Assembly (NCBI GenBank): GCA_964016885.1
Contig: OZ024742.1
Coordinates: forward strand, 187,054,001-187,118,000
Source of the DNA: Eledone cirrhosa
Lineage: Eukaryota
Length of the DNA: 64,000 nucleotides
Direction of reading: 5' to 3'
Shown here: positions 50,386 to 64,000 of the stretch, in pieces
Position numbering within the stretch: position 1 is the first letter of the stretch
How the letters are laid out: every line of letters starts with the position of its first letter
Notes under the pieces: model-generated
Seen by the model: only the letters and a program-made list of their open reading frames with translations
The model's database searches: none
What the model was told of the DNA's origin: nothing
Position numbers and translations under genes: made by a program

Positions 50386-51202
50386 TGAAAATTTAAGTAA
50401 GTAAGTTAATTTAAAAAAAACATTTTTTTTAAGAAATTTTCTTATTTTACGTCTTATATATTATTGTTCTGCATTCTCCTGCATTGAACAAGCTAGGTAC
50501 TATGACATAACCTGTGTATTTGCTGGCATTAGCGTACATCTGTGCGCTTATGTTAGTAGATATATTAAATTATCTCTCTCTCTCTCTCACTCTCTCTCTC
50601 TCTATATATATATCAAAAACATGGAGAGAAGAATACTGCATGGTTGCACATAGATTACATATTATAAAATTAATCCCTTATCAGTGATTTGCCAACCATC
50701 ATTGGTATTTCATCGCATTAAAAATCAGATACCTCAGGTTGGTGCGAGCAATAACTAAAATAAGCTATTGGGACAAGTGAAACGCGTAAAGCGAGTGAGA
50801 CAAGTAAACAACAGAAGGAAAAGCAAACCAAAGGTTGGGAAAACAGCAAGCAACACGATAGTTATCCGATCAGCATAATCTGGGTGAATTTCTTGAGCGG
50901 TCAGAGAAGCAGACTGTTCGCCGTGAATGAGGTGTGAGAAAGAAGGAACCCCACTACTAGCGAACGGGAGAAAGTGAGAAGGGGAGAAACAGAGAGTGAG
51001 TGAGTGGAAGTGCGAGGAAGAGGTCAGTCGAGAGAAAGTGTTAACTGACAGAGGGGACGAAAGAAGGTAAGAGAAACAGAGAGAACGGGGGGGGGGGGGG
51101 GGGCATATATATATATATATACACAGAGACACTCTTACACATATTATATATGTGTGTGTATTTATATGTGTATATGCATATATATATATGCATGTATATG
51201 TG

Positions 51203-51322
<120 letters not shown>

Positions 51323-51597
51323 TAAACAAATAATGAATAAAACAATGAAACAGTTCCTTATATTAAACAAAAAAAGTTCATTATTTAACGATCGTTTCTA
51401 GGATATATATGTGTTAGAATTGGCATGCATATTCAACAGATCTATGTACAAAATTATACAAAATTATACAAACTATCAAAATTAAATATACATACCCAAC
51501 ACACATATATGCCGTCTTCAGAAATAATGAAATATATTTATTGATAATAACAACAATTCAAAATTTCAGGTCCGTTTGGGAACAGAGTTCAAATTGA

Positions 51598-51663
<66 letters not shown>

Positions 51664-51669
<6 letters not shown>

Positions 51670-52645
51670 ACGTAAAATAAGAAAATTTCTTTAAAAAAAT
51701 AAAAATATAAAAATTAACTTACTTAAATTTTCACTCCAACTAATTAGTTTCTGCAATGGGATAAAGACAGAGTCTCCAGTGTCCGCGCATCGTCTGGAGA
51801 CTCGGCTGAGAATGACCTCCCTGATGACGCAATGAAATTCTCAACAGTTCATTACGTAACTGTCTTTATCCCATTGCAGAAACTAATTAGTTGGAGTGAA
51901 AATTTAAGTAAGTAAGTTAATTTAAAAAAAAAAATTTTTTTAAGAAATTTTCTTATTTTACGTCTTATATATTATTGTTCTGCATTCTCCTGCATTGAAC
52001 CACCTAGGTACTATGACATAACCTGTGTATTTGCTGGCATTAGCGTACATCTGTGCGCTTATGTTAGTAGATATATTAAATTATCTATATTTATCTCCAA
52101 ATCACTGATTTGTCGAGCAAACCTGCCAAAACCACTTCTAAAAATTTTTTTTGGGGTTGTTAGTAGGCGTCTGTCATCTTACCAATCCATTCCTACTAAC
52201 TAACCTCTGTGTCACGTGATTGATTCTTTAGAATCGGCCATATGATCAGTGGCAGTGAGAATTTTCAGTGGCTGGAATCCAGTCCTCGATAGCTGTTCCA
52301 GTTGCCGAATTATTATTATTTTTATATGAGTCCCCAGTGTCCGCGCATCGCCTGGAGACTCGGCTGAGAATGACCTCCCTGGTGACGCAATGAAATTCTG
52401 AACAGTTCATTACGTAACTGTCTTTATCCCATTGCAGAAACTAATTAGTTGGAGTGAAAATTTAAGTAAGTAAGTTAATTTTTTTTTAAACATTTTTTTA
52501 AAGAAATTTTCTTATTTTACGTCTTATATATTATTGTTCTGCATTCTCCTGCATTGAACCACCTAGGTACTATGACATAACCTGTGTATTTGCTGGCATT
52601 AGCGTACATCTGTGCGCTTATGTTAGTAGATATATTAAATTATCT
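51664..52645 (+). mobile_element. Hammerhead-containing tandem element, insertion 2
   Basis: Inverted part 51664-51770, then ~1.6 units. Cores CTGATGA at 51821 and mutated CTGGTGA at 52379. Same outer ends as insertion 1. Flanked by (TA)n. Confidence 0.85.
51817..51896 (+). ncRNA. Type-I hammerhead with expanded stem II
   Basis: Same motif as 49747-49826. Confidence 0.72.
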
Positions 52646-53316
52646 ATATATATATATATATATATAATGACAGTAAGAAGAAAGCAAGAACCCTATATAT
52701 TTTATCATGTTTCGCTGTGACCCATCTTCTCTCTCCCTCTACCTACCTATTTCGTTACTATCTACTCTTCCCCCTCTTTCTTCCTCTCCCTTTCTCCCTC
52801 TCACTTTCACTCACCATCTCTCTGCTTGCCACCACATTGTTTTGCCTCGCCTGACCATCTAGCAGTCTTTTTCTCACTCACACTCGCTTGGGTCACTCAT
52901 CTTTTTCGCTCGATCATACGCTCTTGAACTTATGTTCTCTTACTGCTGTGGTCTTCGATTCGCCCCTCAGTTGCTGCATTCTTCGGTTTGTTTGATTTTT
53001 CGCTGTTTTCTCTTTTCCCCTTTTCCTTTTTATTTTCCTTTTCTCCCTCCTCTGTTTTCCCAATAACTTATTCGGTTATTGAACGCCCTCGGGGTAGATA
53101 TATTGTCTTTAAAGCGTTGAAATATCCGAGACCCCCAGGAGACAACTGAGAAGGAACGCCCCCTGTTCTTGCTTTCTTACTCTCATTCCATTTTTAAGCC
53201 TATATATATATATATATATATGGAAATGGTAAACAGAAATAACAACACAATCGGTATAGTATGTGAAAACTATATATTAGGTTATTGCTTGATATAGGAT
53301 GAATGTATGAATATGC

Positions 53317-53347
<31 letters not shown>

Positions 53348-53561
53348 ACTATGCAATACTGTTAGCTTCTCGCTACAACAATTTCTATACATTTCATTTA
53401 TATGTATATACATATATATAGTTATATATGTATTTTATAGATATATATTTATTTATATATATTATACATATATATTTATGTATGTATATATATATGTATA
53501 TATGTATGTGTGTGTGTATATAGATATATGTATGTGTATATATATATATAGAGAGAGAGAG

Positions 53562-53642
<81 letters not shown>

Positions 53643-53834
53643 GTGAGTGTTTACGTGTAGACGTAAATGAATTCGTATACAATTCATTCATGTATAATAT
53701 AGATACACAAATCTCGTTGTGAATATGGTAAGCCATGATCTTATGAGAGATACCTCAGTATCTGTATACGAGAATTCTATACGTATTTCAGAATTATTTC
53801 ATTTCATCAGTATTGCTTACTTATTGTTATATAC

Positions 53835-54113
53835 CAGACATGGGCAACCTTTTTCTAGAAGCGGGCCACATAATACATGGCTCATCATCAGGCGGGTCGC
53901 AAGCACTAATTTACATTCGTGCCCACATTCAAAAAAGGAGCTGTAATTCAGGTTGTTTTGATTTGTTTCTTCAGAATTCGTACACGTTGTTTTCCTCGAT
54001 CGTAAAAATGATAGAAAGATAAATTACGACTGAAAGATTTCAGAAAGATTTCATTTAGGTCACTTAGGCGAGCTATTCACAAAGCTTCGCGGGCTGCAGG
54101 TTGCCCATGACTC
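53835..54113. mobile_element. hAT-type MITE
   Basis: TIR CAGACATGGGCAACCT / AGGTTGCCCATGACTC and 8-bp TSD TTATATAC (53827-53834, 54114-54121). Confidence 0.8.
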
Positions 54114-56140
54114 TTATATACTAATGATTTGAAGCTTATAGTTTATTATGCATTTTGTAGATGAGCCCTTTTCATAATGGTTTATTTACATAGAGTAAAG
54201 TTGTCACGCTAGAAGTAACCAGCCATAATACTGACACAGCGTACTAGAGAGTGCATATGTATATGGATCCATGATGTATGATGATTTCAAACGAATAAAA
54301 CAGTTCTACTCCTGTAGTCATTTGTATTTGAAATATATAAGGTATTCTTTCTACTTAATGTTTTGCGTACTTTATTTAACAATGGTATCTTGTTGTTCCT
54401 CTTCTCAAAACCGTTTATAATCTCTCTCTCTCTCTTATACAAATTTTACATACAGTATACACATTTCCCCTTAAGTATTTTCTCCTGTCTTGTTTTCCGT
54501 TATTTTCTCTATCCATGACAAACGTTTTCATTCTTGTCCCGCCAACAATTTCAATGGACTACATTCTTTTAACACGATTTCTTACATTTTTGTCATATTT
54601 TCTGCGAGAAAAATACTTTAAATTAATATATAACATGAAGGGTCGTACACGGTGTATTAGTTATATTTGTGGGTATTGCTATGTGTTTAATGATCTCACT
54701 TTACAACACGAATTTCTGTTTCAGTCCTTCTGCGTAACAGCTTGTGTGCAAGTGATTTCTATTCGTTCTGAGTGAAAGTTTGTGAAACGTTGCCCTCGGC
54801 GATAATGGAACTCATATCATAAAAGGCCGTAACTAAAATGTTTTGAGCACTTCTTCCGACGCTCTAAGGATTCTGCCAGTCGTCATAAGTGAAATAAGTG
54901 AAATAATAAAGTAATAAAAGATATATTAATGGTGTCGTCATATCGTATTTAGACATAAAACTAGGATGTGTATTGCACTCTTTATTCCTGATAGAAATTT
55001 ATAAGTGTGCAAACATTTCTTCTCTAAATGTACGATAAACAGTAATTTTACAATTTGGATTCAGAATATGAGAGTCCGGAAGAAACTAAACACCGTAAAG
55101 CGTTTAATCCGGATATCCAATTTCTTCCATAACTTTCTTTTCTCTCTCTCTCGCTCTCTCTTTTAGATATCTGTATTGATTTCTTACAGTCGAACAAGCA
55201 ATATTTATTTCATCGATCTCCTCCAATAAATGAAAGATAAAGATGTTATCGGGCAAGTTTACCTTACAAGCTATAAAAGTCTAAAGAAAATAGTTGTGGT
55301 TCTTGTAGTAATGTATTTTACCGTCTTTGCTAGTGAAGTTTATTAACTGAAGATTGAATATTTTCTGGAAAGAAAACACAGCTAGCCAATAATGTTTAGA
55401 GAATGATTGATCGATCCTCCGTCTCTTTCTACGACGTTGAGCGAACAATCTCTTGTTTGATAAACTAAACGTCCAACTCATGAATTAACCTTTTATTAAG
55501 TGATTGATTATTTCACAGGCATGTGTACCATTAATTTACTTTGATCAACTGAACATCTACCTTGGGAATAATGTGTAAATGGCTGAGTATTCCACGGACA
55601 TGAGTACCACCCTTTAATTTAATTCCCAAGCCGAATAAGCCTGACATAATACATGACAAGGCTGGAACTTCGAATTATAGTAGGGTGGAAATCTAGTACA
55701 CTCACTCACTGAAACTGAGACAAGCTCCTGGTTTTGTCCAACCCCTGCAAGCATGGGAAAGCGGGAGTAAAAATATAATTTTAAGTCTAATACATAAATA
55801 CATGTATATTGGCAGCTCAGTGAATGCAGCGTGGCTGAATAATTAATAAGATGGTTTCCCATATCTTGTGAGTGAAACTGGATAGATGGAAACTGTGTGG
55901 AAGCCCGTCGGATGGACTGTACGTATAATTCAAAGGCCAGGTATGTCTCGCAATGTGTTACGCTGAATCCTTTCAGAATTACGTTCATAGTTCACATGTC
56001 TGTAGAATATCCAGTCAATTACACGTTAATTTCATGAGCAGGCGGTGACGTTGATCGCATAATTGGAACACTCATCTTCGAAATCGACGGATGCTCATTC
56101 CATTAACAGCTCGACTTCAAACAGTAATAACATAACAAAA

Positions 56141-56183
<43 letters not shown>

Positions 56184-56717
56184 AAGAAGCATTATAAATA
56201 CCAGAACAGTTTTCCACTGGAGCAGGTATAACTAGTGTATCCGCAACTTACACGGTCAATAAGTTCCACCAACTTCTCGCTTTATTCAAAAATCGTGTAC
56301 GACAAGATCTTTATATACATTTGTCAATGTACATCGCTGTTTTGAAGGAGACATAACGTCAAATTCGCTGGAGGTAGAGAAAACTCAGGAAAAGGATTCA
56401 GTAGGGGTTAGAACTTTCTTCCTTACATTAAGCGATGCGATTCCATGCGATACAAGACATTCAGAGTTTTACATCAGTTTTTAATAACAAAAATATATTT
56501 TCTGTCCGCGTATGTATAAAATACACATTATTTCAAACTGCGTATGATGCAGATCCAGTGAAACAAGGTGAAATAATTGATAAAATAGAGAAGTGGGGAG
56601 TGTTAAAGGCAATATAAAATGATAGACAAGATAAAAGATAAGGAAACAGCTAGATGGTAATAGAGTAAAAGAAAGATAGAGCAGAGAGTAAGGATTGAAA
56701 AATCAAATGAGGGTAAG

Positions 56718-57035
56718 CAGGGTTGGATTTAGACCTTGGGGACCCCTGGTCACTTCAGGTTTGGGGACCCTCTCATACACACACACACACAAAGAAAAAA
56801 AGTTGAATACACAGCAAGCCCCTCAATTTTACATATGAAAGTTAACCCGTGCGCAAGTAATTGGAATTGAAAAGTTATAATACAGGTATTAAATTAAAAA
56901 TTCTAACCATCCTAAAGCAAAAAAGTCCAGCTGAGGGCACAAATCAATTGTTACGGTCGTCGCTGGTGGAGCATCTTGATAGGAGGGGGCCCGGGGCAAT
57001 TGCCCCCTTGCCTTCACACATTAAATCGGGCCCTG
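56718..57035. mobile_element. hAT-type MITE
   Basis: TIR CAGGGTTGGATTTA / TAAATCGGGCCCTG and 8-bp TSD AGGGTAAG (56710-56717, 57036-57043). Confidence 0.82.
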
Positions 57036-57684
57036 AGGGTAAGGTTTCATGAAAAAATCTACGTAGAAAGATAGCGGCTGGAGTTGGCTTGGCCAAGTCA
57101 GTCGAATGGAAGATTTCTGAATACCTTCAAACATATTTCCCGACTGTGCATGTTTAAAACCATACTGTTTAAAAGCACGTAAGATTCTGACCTACTGTAT
57201 CAACACAAGCATAAATATTTGCTATTGTTCTTCATGTGAATGTTTCAAACGGTTTTTATATTATCTTTATATCTTGTTTTAACAATAGTCTCTGACTGCT
57301 TGTAACAGTTAGATTGATTTAATACGTCTTGTCACCTGATCGCTGTGATATGTCAACTATAATAGAAACACTAGAGTTATAATAAAAATAAAAATCGGAA
57401 AACACAATCAGAATCAAGTTTGTTCAGCGACTGAGAAACTCCAATTACATTTTCATAGACGAAACATGGCGAATAAGCATGATATTCTAGAAAGAAAGAA
57501 GAAATATAACAATCTAATAAAATAAAATAAAATAAAATAAATAATACTCCAACGGCCACATGTAAACGTAACAGGTAAACATCTAAGAGAGAGAAGCTGG
57601 TAAAACGGTTGCCAAGGAATACTGTCACGTCAAAGACAAAATTATAACCAATTCTGAAACGTTGTTTAAAGATTATTAATAAAA

Positions 57685-58030
57685 CTAGCAGAAGCACCCG
57701 GCGATGCCAGTTATTTCATAAAAGTAACAATATATTTTTGTACACATTACGAAATATTTGACGAACAAAATGGAACCTCTTGTATTTTCCCCTGAAATCG
57801 AATGCACCATCGAATGTGACAACAGTTGCAATTGGGAAGGAGCTGTGGAAGAAAAGGACCAAGGAAGATATAGAGTTAGAAGTAGTTGAAGCTGTTGTGT
57901 ACAGAATACTGAACACCAACAAAAAACAAAAAAACATAACAACACAAGATGTGGCGAGACTCTGTCACCATTGTCATTTATTGAATAAAATGTATCAATC
58001 AGTTTCTTTTAGCCATATAAAAACATACTA
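57685..58030 (-). mobile_element. Non-autonomous Helitron 3' end
   Basis: The - strand reads CTGGCATCGCCGGGTGCTTCTGCTAG|T, like the 48604 terminus. Its internal part (~57815-57970) recurs inverted at ~61965-62108. Right boundary uncertain. Confidence 0.65.
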
Positions 58031-58189
58031 GTAGGTGTATATGAATAACACTTAACCCAATAGTTAACCAGTCCTACGAAAAAGCATCTACTTCCTGCCT
58101 GACTTCCTTCTCACTTTCTCTGTGTTGGTGAATGTCTCTGTTTCTCATAGTTACACTTTTTTTTGTAATCTATTAATTGTGTCTACTTT

Positions 58190-58365
58190 TGCCACAAAGC
58201 CAGCAATTATTCCAGGGTATTACTGGTACTTTATTTTATCGACCCCGTAAGGATGAAAGGCAAACTTAACCTCGGCGGGATTTGAACTCAGTCCATAAAG
58301 GGACGTAACAGTGCTGCAAAGCATGGCGTCCGACCCTCTACCGATACTGCCAATCCACTGCCCCT
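58190..58365 (-). mobile_element. tRNA-derived SINE
   Basis: Same family as 62582-62772. Confidence 0.8.
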
Positions 58366-58462
58366 TTGTAATCTATTAATGATGATGATATTGGTGATGA
58401 TGCTGCTGCTGATGATGGTGATGACGTTGATGATGATGATGATGACGATGACGATGATGACG

Positions 58463-58500
<38 letters not shown>

Positions 58501-59274
58501 CTATCATTATGATCATCCTTATCATCATCATAATCCTCATCACCATCATCATCATCCTCATCATCATCCTATCTCTCTCTCTTTCTGTCTCTAGTGGTTC
58601 GGCAAATAAAGATCGATATAACAAGTGACCAAGAGGTTCGAGTGTTCGACTTTCTATCATAATGCCGTAAGTTCGATTCCTTGAGTGGTTGAGCGTGTTA
58701 TGTTCCTAAGAAAAAAACAATTCAATTCAGACCGCTGCAGTTCCTTCAGCTGAAAATAAGTACCAGCTCTAGCTTGTATCCTGATCCTCTTCAGTGAGAG
58801 TCTTCCATTGTCGCTCGCTTTACTGCGATGAAACCGAGATAATCCTTCACCTGATGAGCCTTCGTACACACACATACAAAGACAAACGTATACCATTATC
58901 GTATCATGAAACAGTACATACGCTATCTTACACAAATAAAGAGCTCTCTCAATATATATATATATTTATTATACTTATTCACATGACAGTCATCAACCAA
59001 CCAAATTACTTCTCTAAAAACCTAGCATTTCGAGCCATTTTTTTCCATATAAAACAGAAGTAACATTCGAACACCAACCAGATGCGAGAAAAACCACGAA
59101 CCCTCCATCTCAACTCTACTTTTGAAAAGCAGAAGAACTGCGAAACCGGTAAAGGAACCAAATAAATATTCTTAAAAAATATATATACATACACATACCT
59201 TGAGATGTTAAATGATTAAGATTTAATCAAGGTAGTGATTAACCATTTAACATCTCAGGGTATGTCATGTATCA

Positions 59275-59335
59275 TTATATTTTGTCTGATGAGGACGTAC
59301 TGTTGTACATCCGAAATATGTATACTAAAATGTAA
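59275..59335 (+). ncRNA. Minimal type-I hammerhead ribozyme
   Basis: TTATATTTTGT-CTGATGA-GGAcGTAC(TGTT)GTACaTCC-GAAA-TATGTA-TA-cTAAAATGTAA. Preceded by hairpin ~59193-59265. Downstream sequence is shared with the 32.8-33.5 kb element. Confidence 0.75.
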
Positions 59336-59475
59336 TTGATCAAAAGAACATCTATTTTATTAATACTTATATTTTAATATTAATAACTCCAGAAATTTTT
59401 TTTTGGTACCGTTGAGTGCTTCCAATCTACTGTAGAACTCATTCTTTGACATAATCATTGAATATTGTTTAACAA

Positions 59476-59561
<86 letters not shown>

Positions 59562-59853
59562 CTATATGTGTATCTATATATATATGTCTGCATGTGTACG
59601 TGTTTATATATCACACACACACACACACACACTTTTATATATGTATGTGTATGTGTGTATGATGCATTTATGGATAAAAGATGACCTTTCTACCTCCATC
59701 AATTTTTTAAGATTTTAAAGTGTCTGCAATAAGTCTATTAAAAGATGTCAATTAATTGTAAATTTTACGGATTATCAACCAAATCGTTAAAACGTTGCTG
59801 AATAAATCATTTGTCTACTTTGAATTATTTTTTGCTTAAGTCTTATTTACTCG

Positions 59854-59961
<108 letters not shown>

Positions 59962-60090
59962 GCGCGTGTGCGCGTGTGTGTTTGTGTTTGTGCGTGTGCG
60001 CGTGTGCGCGTGTGTGTTTGTGTTTGTGTGTATGTATATATGCATTTATTTATATTTATATATATATTTATATGCGTGTGTGCGTATATG

Positions 60091-60139
<49 letters not shown>

Positions 60140-60277
60140 TAGATAGATAGATAGATATATATGTATATATATATATAACGGCGATGAATTAGTTTTGCGA
60201 GGTTTTCTATATGAAATAGTGTGTCGAAACAAATATTGTTATACTTGGTACTATACTAACATACCAGACGAAAACAA

Positions 60278-60406
60278 CACGACGGTAACATAGACAACAT
60301 AGAAATTAGAATAATATCTAAACATAGAAATGACCCAGCAGATAGGCAAATCAGAGAGGCCAGCGAAATAGAACTTCGAAGGCCAAGGCTAAACAGAAAA
60401 AAATGA
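60278..60406 (+). pseudogene. C-terminal GIY-YIG endonuclease remnant of a Penelope-like element
   Basis: Manual translation HDGNIDNIEIRIISKHRNDPADRQIREASEIELRRPRLNRKK*, matching the R-x-I-x-E-A..P-x-L-N pattern. A hammerhead half-core CTGACGA-TGTTGCA(GATG)TGCAAC-GAAA follows at 60729-60756. Confidence 0.65.
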
Positions 60407-60970
60407 ATGGAATAACAACAACACCCAAACAAACAACACTGACCTAAGAGAAGTATAAATAACTAACTAACTAAATAAATAAATAAATACATACACAAGC
60501 ACAATAACAACAAACACATATAAACACACACTAGTAAACTAAGATAGAATACAATAACCAATACACAGTCACCGAAACACGAACACACATCAAATAAAAC
60601 ACTATACACACACGCAAACGCCTGCGCAAAGAAGACAAAAAAAAAACAACAAATAAATAAATAAATAAACAGACTAAATAAAGATGGCGTAAGCATACAA
60701 TACAACGGGAGGAAACATAATAGCACCACTGACGATGTTGCAGATGTGCAACGAAAGAACTTTGTTAGACTATATATATGTGTTTGTGTCTATATTGTAT
60801 CTGTTGTATCTGTATTATTGCCCGTTGGTCAGTCAATGGTAACATTGAGGACCGAATAAATTAAATTAACCGATATAAAAGACACAGAAGCGAAAACCAA
60901 CTAAACAGTGAGCGTGTTCTGTTATTAATTCTGGCAATATTATTACACAAATATGACCCTCCCCAAGTAT

Positions 60971-61045
<75 letters not shown>

Positions 61046-61549
61046 TATATATAATGTATATGTATATACATATATATATATACATATACATCTATTTATA
61101 TTTATATATATATTTATACACATACACACACACACACAAATACATATGTGCGTATGTGTATATATATACACATACATATACATACGTTTATTTATATAAA
61201 TGTATATATATATATATATGTATGCATGTATATATATACGTATGTGTGTGTGTGTGTGTAAGTAGTTCATATAGATTTGATAGATTGTAAAAATCAATAT
61301 ATACAAATTCAATATATAAACATAGAAAATATTAAGATATAAACGGTAATACAACATTAATGAATGAGAAAACTAAAGCAACTAATATATTTACACACAC
61401 ACGCGCGCGCGCGCGCAATACATCATATTCACACACACATACAAACACACGCACACATACACACACATTACATCACATACATATGTGATGTATTGTAGAT
61501 GTAATAATAATTATATAGTGACAACATCCGTGAAGAGCGAAAACACCAA

Positions 61550-63170
61550 GTGAGATTACTAACTAGACCGTATGGTTACGGTCTGAGTTCAAATCCCACC
61601 GCGGCTAAAATATAGTACCAGTAATGCACTGGTGTTATTGCTGGCCTTGTGCCAAATTTAGAAGCAATTATATATATAGACGGTGGATTGACAGTGTCGG
61701 TAGAGGGTGGGACACCATGCTTTCCAGCATAGAATTACGTCCCGTTACGGTCTGAGTTAAAATCCCGCTGAGGCTAAAATAAAGTACCAGTAATGCACTG
61801 GGGTAATTGCTGGCCTTGTGCCAACAGTTGAAACAATTATATATATAGACGAGAACCACGTTAATTATATGGCATTTGTGTTTGTAAATTTTAATGTGGA
61901 ATATGTAGTGCTGGTTGTGGTTATTACAACTAATGTCAGGGGTTGGAAGGTTCTTCTCCAAAATAGAGTCTCACCACATCTTGTAGTGTTATGCTTTTTT
62001 TTTTTATAGTGTTAAGCAATCTGTACACAGCTTTAACTATTTCTAACTCTATATCTTCCTTGGCCTTTTTCTTCCACAGCTTCTTCCCAATTGTAACTGT
62101 TGTCACATCAGTACCCAAATGTCGTCACCCAATATCATTATATATTCATATCAGGGTGGTGGATTGTCAGTGTAGGTAGAGTGTAGGGCGCCATGCTTTG
62201 CAGTATAGAGTTATGGCTCTTTATAATCTGAGTTCAAATCCGGCCGAGGTTAACTTTGCCTTTCATCCTTACGAGATCGATAAAATAAAGTACCAGTCAC
62301 GTACTGGTTCGATTTAATCGACTTTCCCCTCCCCCCAAAATTGCTGGCCTTGTGCCTCTATAAGAAACCATTATATATTCATATCAACACAGTTGTCTTT
62401 CTTGCAGGCAGCTACCGACTCTTTTTACGCCGTGTTCATTCTCTCAACTGATCTCTACTTCGTCGTTCATGTACATTAAATTTACATACATAAGAGAGCC
62501 TGCTCAATCCTTTCTTGCCAATGCTCATACATCCTCTACCTAATGTCTATCTCTCACTATTATGCAACATTATGTTACATACGGCGGTGGACTGGCAGTA
62601 TCGGTAGAGGGTCAGACGCCATGCTTTGACGCATAGAGTTACTGCCCTTGTCATTCTGAGTTCAAATCCCGCCGAGGTTAACTTTGCCTTTCATCCTTAC
62701 GGGGTCGATAAAATAAAGTACCAGTAATGCACTGGGTATTTGCTGGCCTTGTGCCAAAAGTAGAAACAATTATGTTACATACACAGGCATCAGGCAACCC
62801 ACGATTTACTTAGAGAGAGAGAGAGAAATGACTTTGTTCGCAGCCTATCGTTGAGTTTTTGAGTAAATACTTGACCTTGTGCATGCAAAGGGAAAGCAGT
62901 TCAGATTTTAAATATAAAGTGTGTTATAATGAAAAATAAGAATGGAGGTTACAGTGTCCGTCCTGATCATTTGATATTGTGTTGTCTAGGGCATTCTATT
63001 TGACGTTATATTTGGTGTTCTATCTGTATTTAAGTCACAACTTGTTCTTAGACAAGCTAGTGGCTAACGGTGGCGAATGGCCAGTCGATAGAGGGCTTTG
63101 CGTTATTCGTTCTGGCTCTCTGAGTTCAAATCCCGCGGAGGTCAACTTTGCCTTTCATCCTCTTTGATGT
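61550..63170 (+). mobile_element. Cluster of tRNA-derived SINE copies (~61550-61670, 61680-61840, 62155-62375, 62582-62772, 63068-63165)
   Basis: A box TGGCAGTATCGG, B box GAGTTCAAATCC, core GCCTTTCATCCTTACGGGGTCGATAAAATAAAGTACCAG, tail TTGCTGGCCTTGTGCC. More copies on - at ~30785-31165, 34540-34700 and 36080-36160. Confidence 0.82.
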
Positions 63171-63789
63171 TGTTAAAACAAATACTAGTCAGGTTTTTGG
63201 GTCTATTCTTCCTCTATATCTCTTTCTCACTTCCATTCTTTCACTTTCGAACTTTTTCTGGAATAAATCTGCTATACTTAGGTTTGAAGAGGGATGGGTT
63301 AGGTTATACTTAAAATGTTCAAGAAACGCCGTATGTTACTACAGCGACTCCAATATATTCGAGACCATACACATACCAAGCTAATGCCTGCTATTCTGTT
63401 AATGTTTCTGAAGGTGTGAGTATAGGTGGTTGTAGTTAATCCTGAGCGGTAAAATAATGCCTTTGTTGTTATAAGTGTGTGCCATTAGATGGACATCGCT
63501 TCCTTCATCATTTCTGTCTTATCTGGTGACACAAATATAGACAAAATAAATCATTTATCCTCGAGTCAACATTCAGATTAGTATATATAAATACATCTAT
63601 TATATTCTATTATGTGTATGAATTGTGGAGCTTGGGCAAGTTTTTTAATAATCTTTTTTATTTGCATTTCATTTTGTTCATATTTGATTAATCGTGTGTT
63701 AGCAGGATAAAGTCACATTATTTTCATTTTTGCAATATTTATCTTTTTATCATATATTTTATCTTTTTATTATATATATAAATATATAA

Positions 63790-63872
<83 letters not shown>

Positions 63873-64000
63873 GACACACAAGTCTTTTGATATGTATGTA
63901 TACACACACCATGTATATTTATATATTTTAGTATGTGACTTGATTTTGTTTTCAAGTGTCACTTGGAATTGGATGTATTATATATCATTGTGTGTGTGTG

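Larger units (their letters stand above)
49143..50575 (+). mobile_element. Hammerhead-containing tandem element (retrozyme or Penelope pseudo-LTR array), insertion 1
   Basis: Inverted partial unit 49143-~49322, then ~2.2 direct units of 559 bp. CTGATGA cores at 49751 and 50310. No ORF. Bounded by (TA)n and (TC)n/(TA)n. Confidence 0.85.

Noticed and set aside
52667-53190. Pyrimidine-rich segment with short inverted ends (52667-52691 versus 53165-53187); a purine-rich counterpart lies at 50755-51090
   Set aside because: Possibly decayed Penelope-like termini, but there is no intact ribozyme core or coding remnant to support a call.
58376-58570. His/Asp/Met-rich ORFs
   Set aside because: (GAT)n/(CAT)n microsatellite adjoining a SINE.
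58851-58870. CTGATGAGCC hammerhead-like start
   Set aside because: No stem II closure followed by GAAA.
62582-62680. tRNA gene (A and B boxes)
   Set aside because: No cloverleaf; it is the head of a multi-copy SINE.

Overview
Gene-poor, AT-rich animal genomic DNA, dominated by microsatellites and transposable elements. The SINE repertoire suggests an octopus or other cephalopod, which is an inference. No host protein-coding gene can be supported. (1) 1-18.3 kb is an array of nine non-LTR retrotransposon insertions separated by (AAT)n tracts: two R4/Dong-type RLE families, always on +, and Tx1-clade APE elements, always on -. One full-length copy of each class is present. (2) 22.1-26.1 kb is a second cluster of related Tx1 elements whose 3' ends abut (GATA)n instead. 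(3) 42.8-48.6 kb is a decayed Helitron with both termini intact. (4) Next to (TA)n tracts lie many minimal type-I hammerhead ribozyme motifs of Penelope/retrozyme type. These include two divergent inverted pairs and two insertions of a ~559-bp tandem unit with one hammerhead per unit and an unusually large stem-II insertion, a candidate circRNA-producing retrozyme. The rest is tRNA-derived SINEs, hAT and mariner MITEs, and simple repeats. Most short ORFs in the track are microsatellite or antisense artefacts.
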